Below, in pieces: positions 42,556 through 49,546 of a stretch of 49,546 nucleotides of DNA. Every line of letters begins with the position of its first letter. The stretch's first letter is position 1. The notes beneath the pieces are model-generated. The model was not told where the DNA came from and made no database searches. It saw only the letters and a list, made by a program, of their open reading frames with translations. Source of the DNA: Alphaproteobacteria bacterium (GTDB taxonomy: Bacteria; Pseudomonadota; Alphaproteobacteria; DATDPM01); contig DATDPM010000012.1 of assembly GCA_035292745.1 (NCBI GenBank), forward strand, positions 1-49,546, in the 5' to 3' direction. The translations under genes were made by a program, and so were the position numbers.

Positions 42556-45500
42556 TGGCACACTTGCTCGATTACTTGCGCGAGCGCGTGCTGCTCGCGG
42601 ACGGCGCCATGGGAACCCGGGTGCAGGCCCTCGACCTCACCGTCGAAAAGGATTTTCTTGGGGCCGAGAACTGCACCGACATCCTGACCAAGAGCCGGCC
42701 GGATATCGTGCGCGACATCCACATGAGCTATTTCGCCGCCGGATCCGACGCGGTGGAGACCAACACCTTCGGTACCTCGCCGGTGACGCTGGGCGAATTC
42801 GGGCTGTCGGACGAGGCCTTCGATCTCAGCAAGCGCGCGGCCGAGATCGCCCGCGAGGCGGCGGAGGAATTCAAGGGCGACGGGCGGACCCGCTTCGTGC
42901 TGGGCTCGATCGGGCCGGGCACGAAACTCCCCACCCTCGGGCACATCGATTACCAGACCGTCGAGGACGCAATCGCGGTCCAGGCCGCCGGGCTCGCCGC
43001 GGGCAAGGTCGACGCCTTCCTGATCGAGACCTGCCAGGACCCGCTCCAGATCAAGGCGGCGGTCAACGGCGCCAAGCGCGCGCGCGAGGAAGCCAAGGCC
43101 GATATCCCGATCATCGTCCAGGTGACGGTGGAAACCACCGGCACGCTTCTGGTCGGCACCGACATCGCGGCCGCGGCGACCATCGTCCGCGCGCTCGACG
43201 TGCCGATCATGGGCCTCAATTGCGCGACCGGGCCGCAGGAGATGTCGGAGCACGTGAAGTGGCTGGCCGAGAACTGGCCGGGGATGATCTCGGTCCTGCC
43301 CAACGCCGGATTGCCGGAGCTGGTGGACGGCGCGCCGCATTATCCGCTCGGCCCCGACGAACTGGCCCATTGGCTCGAGCGGTTCATGGAGGAGGACGGG
43401 ATCAACATCATCGGCGGTTGTTGCGGCACCGATACCGCGCATATCGCGGCGCTCGACGCCATGTTGCGGCGGCGCGCGGGAAACAAGCTGCGGCCCGCCC
43501 CGGTCAAGCGCGAGGTGTTCTGGGTGCCGGCGGTGGCCTCGCTCTATTCCCAGGTGCCGCTGCGCCAGGAGGCGGCGTATTTCTCGATCGGCGAGCGCTG
43601 CAACGCCAACGGCAGCCGCAAGTTCCGCGAGTTGCAGGATGCCGGCGACTGGGACGGCTGCGTCGAGATGGGCCGGGACCAGACGAAGGAAGGCTCGCAC
43701 GCGCTCGACGTCTGTACCGCTTTCGTCGGGCGCGACGAGGCGGCCGACGTCACCGAGGTGGTGTCGCGGATGCGCGGCTCGGTCAACGCGCCGCTGGTGT
43801 TCGATTCGACCGAGTATCCCGTGCTCGAGACGGCGCTCAAGCTTTACGGCGGCAAGGCGATCATCAATTCGATCAACTTCGAGGACGGCGAGGCGCCGGC
43901 GGCCAGGAAGCTGGCGCTGGCGCGCAAGTTCGGCGCGGCGGTGATCGCGCTGACCATCGACGAGGGCGGCATGGCCAAGGAGGCCGACCACAAGCTGGAG
44001 ATCGCCCGCCGCCTTTACGATTTCGCCTGTAACCGTTATGGCCTTCCGCCGTCGGATCTGCTGTTCGACCCGCTCACCTTCACCATCTGCACCGGCAACG
44101 AGGACGACCGCAAGCTCGGGCTCAACAGCCTCGACGCCATCGAGAAAATCGCCAAGGAAATGCCGGAGTGCCAGATCATCCTGGGGCTTTCGAACATCTC
44201 CTTCGGCCTCAACCCGCCGGCGCGTCACGTCCTCAATTCGGTGTTCCTCGACCAGGCGCTCAAACGCGGGCTGACGGGGGCGATCGTGCATGTGAGCAAG
44301 ATCGTGCCGCTCCATAAGATTCCGCCCGAGGAAGCGCGGATTGCCGAGGATCTGATCTTCGACCGGCGCCGTGACGGCTACGATCCGCTGCACGCCTACC
44401 TTCGCCTGTTCGAGGGCCGCACCGTCGAAGCCAAGAAGGCGCCGGTACGCCACGCCGCTGCCCCGGACCGGCTCAAGCAGCGCATCGTCGACGGCGACCG
44501 TCAGGGCCTGGAAGCCGATTTGGATGAGGCGATGAAGGCCCATCCGCCGCTCGACATCATCAACAAGTTCCTGCTCGACGGAATGAAGGTGGTGGGCGAG
44601 TTGTTCGGCTCGGGGCAGATGCAGCTGCCGTTCGTGCTGCAATCGGCCGAGACGATGAAGAAGGCGGTTTCCTATCTCGAGCCGCACATGGAACGGCTGG
44701 AAGGGCAGCAGAAGGGGACGATGGTGCTCGCCACCGTCAGGGGCGACGTGCACGACATCGGCAAGAACCTGGTGGACATCATCCTCACCAACAACGGCTA
44801 TCGCGTCGTCAATCTCGGCATCAAGCAGCCGATCGAGCACATTCTCGCCGCGGCGAAGGAGCACAAGGCGGATGCGGTGGGCATGTCGGGCCTGCTCGTC
44901 AAATCCACCGTGATCATGCGCGAGAATTTGATGGAGATGACGCGCGACGAGATGAAAATCCCGGTGATCCTGGGCGGAGCCGCGCTCACCCGCGGCTATG
45001 TCGAGGCCGACTGCGCGAAAGCCTACGGCTGCGGCCGGGTCGCTTATGCGCGGGATGCCTTCGACGGGCTCGAGCTCATGGAAAAGGTCATGACCGGCCG
45101 CTTCGACGATCATTTGGCCGCGCGGGCGAAAGCACAGGCCGAACGTCCCGAGCGCAAACGCGATAGACGGCTGGAGGCGCTGGAACGCCCCGTGGAGAAG
45201 GCGCGGCCCGTCGATCTCGAGGAGATTCGCCTGCGCCGCGCCGAGCTCACCAAGGGTATCGCCGTTCCGACGCCGCCGTTTTGGGGCCCGCGCGCGATCG
45301 ACAAGGTGCCGATCCGCTCGCTTCTGCCGTTCCTGAACGAGACCATGCTGTTCCAGTTCCACTGGGGCTTCAAGAAGGCCGGCAAGAGCCGCGAGGAATT
45401 CGCCGAATGGGCGAAGCGGGAGGTGCGGCCGATCATGATCAAGCTCGCCAAGCAATGCGCCGACGAGAACATCATCGTGCCAAGGGCGGTCTACGGCTAT

Positions 45501-46055
45501 TGGAAGGCGGCGGGCGACGGAAACGACCTTGTTCTGTTCGGTCAGGACGGGACCACCGAGGTTGCGCGATTCACGCTCCCGCGCCAGAAGCGCGAGGACG
45601 GAATCTGCATCGCCGATTTCGTGCGCGACATCTCCGAACGCGAACGCGACGTGGTGGGGCTGCAGGTGGTGACGGCCGGCGAGCGGGCCTCGGAGGTGGC
45701 GCGGGAGTGGTTCCGGGAGAATCGCTACCAGGATTACCTGTATCTTCACGGCTTCAGCGTCGAGATCGCCGAGGCCATGGCGGAATACGTGCACAAGCGG
45801 ATCCGCAACGAGCTGGGCTTCGGCAACGAGGACGAGCGGGACATCAACAAGCTGCTGAAGCAGGGCTACCGCGGCTCGCGCTACTCCTTCGGCTACCCGG
45901 CTTGCCCGAATCTGGGCGACCAGCGGCGCCTCCTGGAGCTTTTGGACGCCAAGCGGATCGGGGTCGTGCTGGGCGAAGAGGATCAGCTCGAGCCCGAGCA
46001 ATCGACCTCGGCGATCGTCATTCACCACCCGCAGGCGAAATATTTCACGGTTTAG
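42555..46055 (+). CDS. metH: cobalamin-dependent methionine synthase
   Basis: About 1166 aa from MAHLLDYLRERVLLADGAMGT (TAATG overlap with metF). It has Hcy-binding, pterin-binding and B12-binding (GDVHDIGKN, DxHxxG) modules and a reactivation domain ending HHPQAKYFTV. Confidence 0.96.
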   Translation: MAHLLDYLRERVLLADGAMGTRVQALDLTVEKDFLGAENCTDILTKSRPDIVRDIHMSYFAAGSDAVETNTFGTSPVTLGEFGLSDEAFDLSKRAAEIAREAAEEFKGDGRTRFVLGSIGPGTKLPTLGHIDYQTVEDAIAVQAAGLAAGKVDAFLIETCQDPLQIKAAVNGAKRAREEAKADIPIIVQVTVETTGTLLVGTDIAAAATIVRALDVPIMGLNCATGPQEMSEHVKWLAENWPGMISVLPNAGLPELVDGAPHYPLGPDELAHWLERFMEEDGINIIGGCCGTDTAHIAALDAMLRRRAGNKLRPAPVKREVFWVPAVASLYSQVPLRQEAAYFSIGERCNANGSRKFRELQDAGDWDGCVEMGRDQTKEGSHALDVCTAFVGRDEAADVTEVVSRMRGSVNAPLVFDSTEYPVLETALKLYGGKAIINSINFEDGEAPAARKLALARKFGAAVIALTIDEGGMAKEADHKLEIARRLYDFACNRYGLPPSDLLFDPLTFTICTGNEDDRKLGLNSLDAIEKIAKEMPECQIILGLSNISFGLNPPARHVLNSVFLDQALKRGLTGAIVHVSKIVPLHKIPPEEARIAEDLIFDRRRDGYDPLHAYLRLFEGRTVEAKKAPVRHAAAPDRLKQRIVDGDRQGLEADLDEAMKAHPPLDIINKFLLDGMKVVGELFGSGQMQLPFVLQSAETMKKAVSYLEPHMERLEGQQKGTMVLATVRGDVHDIGKNLVDIILTNNGYRVVNLGIKQPIEHILAAAKEHKADAVGMSGLLVKSTVIMRENLMEMTRDEMKIPVILGGAALTRGYVEADCAKAYGCGRVAYARDAFDGLELMEKVMTGRFDDHLAARAKAQAERPERKRDRRLEALERPVEKARPVDLEEIRLRRAELTKGIAVPTPPFWGPRAIDKVPIRSLLPFLNETMLFQFHWGFKKAGKSREEFAEWAKREVRPIMIKLAKQCADENIIVPRAVYGYWKAAGDGNDLVLFGQDGTTEVARFTLPRQKREDGICIADFVRDISERERDVVGLQVVTAGERASEVAREWFRENRYQDYLYLHGFSVEIAEAMAEYVHKRIRNELGFGNEDERDINKLLKQGYRGSRYSFGYPACPNLGDQRRLLELLDAKRIGVVLGEEDQLEPEQSTSAIVIHHPQAKYFTV

Positions 46056-46056
46056 G

Positions 46057-46089
46057 GCGCCATGCCGCCGCGGTGGAGGCGCTTTTCTT
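46057..46089 (+). terminator. candidate intrinsic terminator after metH
   Basis: GCGCC (46057-46061) pairs with GGCGC (46078-46082), with an inner CCGC/GTGG helix. It is followed by TTTTCTT. Confidence 0.5.
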
Positions 46090-46227
46090 GACGATTGAGA
46101 CGATAATCGCTCGCGAGCCTATTGCCCGTGGCCGCGACTATGTGCATCCTCGCAAGCGATTTGCCGCCAACCCAGGCGCCGGATTCATTCGTTCGTTCAA
46201 AAAAGCCTACCATCGGAGAGGATATTC

Positions 46228-46773
46228 ATGAGGAACACACGGACAATCGAAGCCAGCCCCAGGGCCTGGCTTACCAGCCTTATTGCGCTTTTGGCGCTTC
46301 CGGCCGCGCTGCTCGCGGTCCCGGCCGCCGCCAACGCGACGGGAAAGAACAGTGTGGTGATGAGCGTCGAGCTTGCGGCCTCGCCCAAGGACGTATGGCA
46401 AATGGTCGGACCCTTCGACAAGCTGCAGGGTTGGCATCCCGCGGTCGCCAGCACGACCATGGACGGCTCGCCCACCCAGCCGGGTGCGGTGCGCGTGCTG
46501 CATCTCAACGGCGGCGGCGACATCAAGGAGAAGCTCACCTCGTATAGCGATTCGGACACGCGGATGACCTACGAGATCTTGGAGAGCCCGCTTCCGGTCG
46601 CGAACTATGAATCCTTCATCGCCATTACCGATGCGGGCGCGGGGCATTCCCTGGTCATTTGGGGCTCCAACTTCGATGCCGCGGGCGGCGCCACGGACGC
46701 GAAGGCGAAATCGGTGATCCAAGGCATCTACCAGGCGGGCTTCGACACGCTCAGGAAGAAGTTCGGCAAGTAG
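46228..46773 (+). CDS. secreted SRPBCC-superfamily protein (polyketide cyclase/MxaD-like)
   Basis: 181-aa ORF with a signal peptide (ALPAALLAVPAAANA/TG). The core SVELAASPKDVWQMVGPFDKLQGWHPAV is typical of SRPBCC ligand-binding proteins. Confidence 0.65.
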   Translation: MRNTRTIEASPRAWLTSLIALLALPAALLAVPAAANATGKNSVVMSVELAASPKDVWQMVGPFDKLQGWHPAVASTTMDGSPTQPGAVRVLHLNGGGDIKEKLTSYSDSDTRMTYEILESPLPVANYESFIAITDAGAGHSLVIWGSNFDAAGGATDAKAKSVIQGIYQAGFDTLRKKFGK

Positions 46774-46788
46774 CTTTTCGGGACGGCG

Positions 46789-46825
46789 AAAAAAGCGACC
46801 CACCCGGGCCGTGCGCCCGGGTGGG
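46789..46825 (-). terminator. intrinsic terminator downstream of the FTR1-fusion gene
   Basis: 11-bp stem CCCACCCGGGC/GCCCGGGTGGG (46799-46809 and 46815-46825), 5-nt loop. On the minus strand it is followed by TCGCTTTTTTCG. Confidence 0.7.
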
Positions 46826-46851
46826 GATTCCAGCGCCGCGAGCGCCATTCC

Positions 46852-48405
46852 TCAGAAGTGGAATTCGAGCTCGGCCAGCCACTTGATCGAGTGGTCGGGG
46901 CTAGCCTGCGTCAATCCGAAGAGCCAGCCCAATTCGTAATAGAAGTTCACGGAGCGGGCGACCGGGATGAGGCCGACGATGACGGGCCCGAGACGGTGCT
47001 TCTGTTCGTCGACCGGCTTGGTTTCGCTGATTTCGCCGATGTCGCCGTAGGCCTCGATGGCCGGCTCGAGATAGGGCCGCCAGCGGTATTTGGTGCGGAG
47101 CGCATAACCGAATTCCGTGTCTTCCTCGGCGTGCGAGCCGACCTGCTGTTCGAAAATGAAATTGACCGTGTTGACGGTCTGCCCCAGCTGCTTTTCGAGA
47201 AGGAGCTTGCCCTCGACCTCGTCGGGCGCGTCCTTGGCGTCGGCGCGTTTGTATTCGAAGTAGAGGCCGGAATCGACCCAGGCATCGCCCTGCTCGAAGA
47301 GTTGGAGGATGTTCTCCCAGGCCGTGGCGTTGTAACGTAGCGGCCCGCCGGCATCCTTCCGGAGCTCGCCGAAAATCGCCGTTTGCCAGCGGTCGGTGAC
47401 GCCGTATTCGACCTCGTAAATTTGAGTTTGCGTTTTCTTCGTCGTATCTCCGCGATCCACCGCGGCGTCGCCGCGCGCCTCGATGGCGAACTCGCCCTCG
47501 TGGACGATGGGGGAATAGACCTTGTTTTCGGCGTGAACCGTCGCCGGCACGGCCAGCGAGGCGAGGATAACGGCCGCCACCGCGCCCGCGCTGGGCAGCA
47601 CCCGGCGGTTGTCGGCAAGCCGCATCATGACGACGATGGCGCCGAGCGTGGCCACATAGAACAGGACCTGGACGAGGGCCGGGTGCGAATCGTAACCGAT
47701 GAGCGTGTGCAAGACCTGGCCCAGCATGTTGCGCTCGGACAACAGCGCCGAAGTGTCCCAAGCGGTAGCGACGATCGGCGGCAGCGTTCCGGCGGCAACG
47801 AGCATCGCCGCGCCTTGGGACGCCATGCCCGCGGCCAGGAACGCGAGAAGCCAGCTCGTGACCCCGAACAAGTGGCGCGCCGCAACCCGCACCAAGCCCC
47901 GGTATATCAGGTATCCGACGGCGATTCCGGCGGCGATGCCGGTGGCGCCGCCGAGAAGCATCAAGGAGGCGGACGCGCCTTGTCCGGCGGCGATTCCGTA
48001 AAGGAAAAGAACCGCCTCGGCGCCCTCGCGCAGCACCGAAAGCCCGATGACCACGGCGAGCATGTAGGCCGGCACGCCGCCCGCGGCGACGCCATTCCCG
48101 ACATCCTTGGCGCGCCGCGACAGCGCGCGGCCGTGGCGGCGCATCCAGACGATCGACCAGCCGAGCACGGCGACCGCCACGAACAGCACGGTCGCGTTCA
48201 AAAATTCCTGGCCCATGCCCGAAGCCGCGGCAGCGATCGCGTCGGCGAAGCCGGCGACCAGGATCGAGCCGGCGAGCCCGCCGAAGATTCCCGCAAGGAC
48301 CCAGAAATTGCGGCGCGGCAGTCCCACGGTCGCGGCCATGATAATGCCCACGATGAGCGCCGCTTCCAAGACTTCCCGGAACACCACGATTGCGCTGGCC
48401 AGCAT
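46852..48405 (-). CDS. FTR1/EfeU-family iron permease fused in frame to a signal-peptide-like segment and a beta-barrel-like C-terminal domain
   Basis: Residues 1-260 have seven hydrophobic helices and two REXXE motifs (REVLEA, REGAEA). Residues 260-292 (MMRLADNRRVLPSAGAVAAVILASLAVPATVHA) look like a Sec signal peptide. Residues 293-517 show alternating-polarity strands and end in ...WLAELEFHF. Confidence 0.75.
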   Translation of the reverse strand: MLASAIVVFREVLEAALIVGIIMAATVGLPRRNFWVLAGIFGGLAGSILVAGFADAIAAAASGMGQEFLNATVLFVAVAVLGWSIVWMRRHGRALSRRAKDVGNGVAAGGVPAYMLAVVIGLSVLREGAEAVLFLYGIAAGQGASASLMLLGGATGIAAGIAVGYLIYRGLVRVAARHLFGVTSWLLAFLAAGMASQGAAMLVAAGTLPPIVATAWDTSALLSERNMLGQVLHTLIGYDSHPALVQVLFYVATLGAIVVMMRLADNRRVLPSAGAVAAVILASLAVPATVHAENKVYSPIVHEGEFAIEARGDAAVDRGDTTKKTQTQIYEVEYGVTDRWQTAIFGELRKDAGGPLRYNATAWENILQLFEQGDAWVDSGLYFEYKRADAKDAPDEVEGKLLLEKQLGQTVNTVNFIFEQQVGSHAEEDTEFGYALRTKYRWRPYLEPAIEAYGDIGEISETKPVDEQKHRLGPVIVGLIPVARSVNFYYELGWLFGLTQASPDHSIKWLAELEFHF

Positions 48406-48463
48406 TTTTTATTTTTCCCGTTCGTTCGATGAGGTTGCGTTGCCGATCTGGTTTTAAGCCGCG

Positions 48464-48814
48464 CTATTTCGCGACGATCTTGCCTTGGGCGGTTTCGATA
48501 TTGAACTCGCCCACGAACTCGTAGGTGCCGGGATCCAGCGGTCCGATGATGACGATGCCGGTGGCGCCGCCGGGGATGACTTTCTCGCGGTTCAGGGCGT
48601 AGCTCTCGAATTCCTCCGGGGTGGGGTCCTCGTTCCGAACCAAAAGCTTGATCTTCTTGCCGGCCGGCACCTCGACGACTTCCGGCGTGAAGCGGTGATC
48701 CTTGATGGTGAGCGTGATGCTGTCGTCGTCGGCGCGGGCCTGAGGCGCCAGAACGGCGGCGGCAAGAACGAAGGCGGCGGCCAAACCGCGAACGGTGATC
48801 GAACGGGTCGTCAT
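48464..48814 (-). CDS. periplasmic cupredoxin-like protein (FtrB/EfeO-N-like partner of FTR1 permeases)
   Basis: 116-aa ORF with a signal peptide (..APQARA/DD). ITLTIKDHRFTPEVVEVPAGKKIKLLVRNEDPTPEEFES is a cupredoxin-fold pattern. It lies directly upstream of the permease. Confidence 0.7.
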   Translation of the reverse strand: MTTRSITVRGLAAAFVLAAAVLAPQARADDDSITLTIKDHRFTPEVVEVPAGKKIKLLVRNEDPTPEEFESYALNREKVIPGGATGIVIIGPLDPGTYEFVGEFNIETAQGKIVAK

Positions 48815-48873
48815 GACGGGCGAAGACTCCTATTCCATGGATGGCGGCGCACCGCAACGGCGGGCCCACGGCC

Positions 48874-48902
48874 TATATAGAGCGATTGCGAGTTACTCGC
48901 AA
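48874..48902 (-). promoter_or_regulatory. candidate sigma-70 promoter (TTGCGA-N17-TATATA on the minus strand) overlapped by the palindrome TTGCGAG-TTA-CTCGCAA
   Basis: -10 at 48874-48879 and -35 at 48897-48902, with 17-nt spacing. The 17-bp dyad at 48886-48902 includes the -35 element and most of the spacer. A third half-site, TTCGCAA, lies at 48908-48914. Confidence 0.4.
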
Positions 48903-49067
48903 CAACTTTCGCAATCGATTTTCACTTGCACCACGACCGGCAACGGGATGGCTGGAAGGCGTTCGGGAATAGAAATAGATAGCATCAATCAGCAGATAGA
49001 AGTTAATAGATAGTCACTATAATATGTTGGGCTGGCTTCAGTTAAGCCGGCCAAAGGGCGGATCGGT

Positions 49068-49546
49068 TTGAACCTTCGCGATCTCGAATATCTCGTGGCC
49101 TTGGCCGACCTGGGGCATTTCGGCCGGGCGGCGGTCGCCTGCGGCATCAGCCAGCCGACCCTGAGCGCCCAGATCATAAAGCTCGAAGCGGAGCTGGGTT
49201 CGACCTTGTTCCAGCGAAGCCGGCGGGCTCTGCGCCCGACCCCGGAGGGCGAGCGGCTGGTGGCCCAGGCCCGGCGCGTCCTGGAGGAGGCGGCGCGGCT
49301 GACCGCCATCGCCGGGCCTAAGGCCGATGCCCCGCTCGCCCGACTGCGGGTCGGTCTTGAGTCGACTCTTGCGGCCGGTTGCCTCGACTGGCTGGCGCCG
49401 GCGGTCGCCGCCACGTTTCCCTCGGCGGAGGCGGTCTTCAAGGAGGCATCCGAAAGCTTGCTTGTGGCCGCGATCGCCGCGCGCGACATCGACGCGGCCC
49501 TGGTGCCGATGCCCGGCGCCGATGCCCGGCACGGCTGCGAGCCGCT
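49068..49546 (+). CDS. oxyR: OxyR-like LysR-family regulator, N-terminal part (runs off window end)
   Basis: Hand translation from TTG 49068: LNLRDLEYLVALADLGHFGRAAVACGISQPTLSAQIIKLEAELGSTLFQRSRRALRPTPEGERLVAQARRVLEEA. This closely parallels E. coli OxyR (MNIRDLEYLVALAEHRHFRRAA..VSQPTLSGQIRKLEDELG). A TAA lies in frame at 49020. It is not in the ORF track because no stop falls inside the window. Confidence 0.8.
   Translation, partial: MNLRDLEYLVALADLGHFGRAAVACGISQPTLSAQIIKLEAELGSTLFQRSRRALRPTPEGERLVAQARRVLEEAARLTAIAGPKADAPLARLRVGLESTLAAGCLDWLAPAVAATFPSAEAVFKEASESLLVAAIAARDIDAALVPMPGADARHGCEP

Overview
High-GC (about 65-70%) chromosomal segment that looks alphaproteobacterial (Hyphomicrobiales-like). 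The evidence is gene content and order, frequent GTG/TTG starts, and long antisense 'shadow' ORFs typical of GC-rich DNA. Most of the window is housekeeping: a uvrC fragment, uvrB, carA-carB-greA, yqeY-dnaG-rpoD, trxB, ettA, dps, an aspartate aminotransferase, panE, an EF-G paralog, mlaA-mlaC, and a SahR-like regulator with metF and metH. One accessory lipid locus is present: hopanoid side-chain genes hpnI-hpnJ-hpnK-hpnL followed by a CDP-alcohol phosphatidyltransferase. I saw no rRNA, CRISPR array, transposase or integrase. The most interesting structure is three small insertion scars, each bracketed by a duplicated piece of a resident gene. (1) A HigBA-like toxin-antitoxin cassette lies between two 87-bp copies of the 3' end of a lysR gene, and all six internal differences between the copies are synonymous. 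(2) A DUF1778/GNAT (TacA/TacT-like) toxin-antitoxin pair sits just downstream of a tRNA(CAT). It is followed by a 25-nt partial copy of the tRNA anticodon arm, a 5'-truncated higB remnant and an intact orphan higA. (3) A 21-nt exact copy of rpoD region 4.2 coding sequence follows the hydrolase gene downstream of rpoD. Other items worth a second look: an FTR1 iron permease fused in frame to a signal-peptide-like segment and a beta-barrel-like domain, next to a cupredoxin gene and divergent from oxyR; an unrecognised 647-aa protein clustered with a 2OG-Fe(II) oxygenase and an ELM1-like protein; hpnK apparently lacking a canonical start codon; and a 22-bp perfect hairpin upstream of tacA. All family calls rest on motifs read from the translations. 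No database search was possible.
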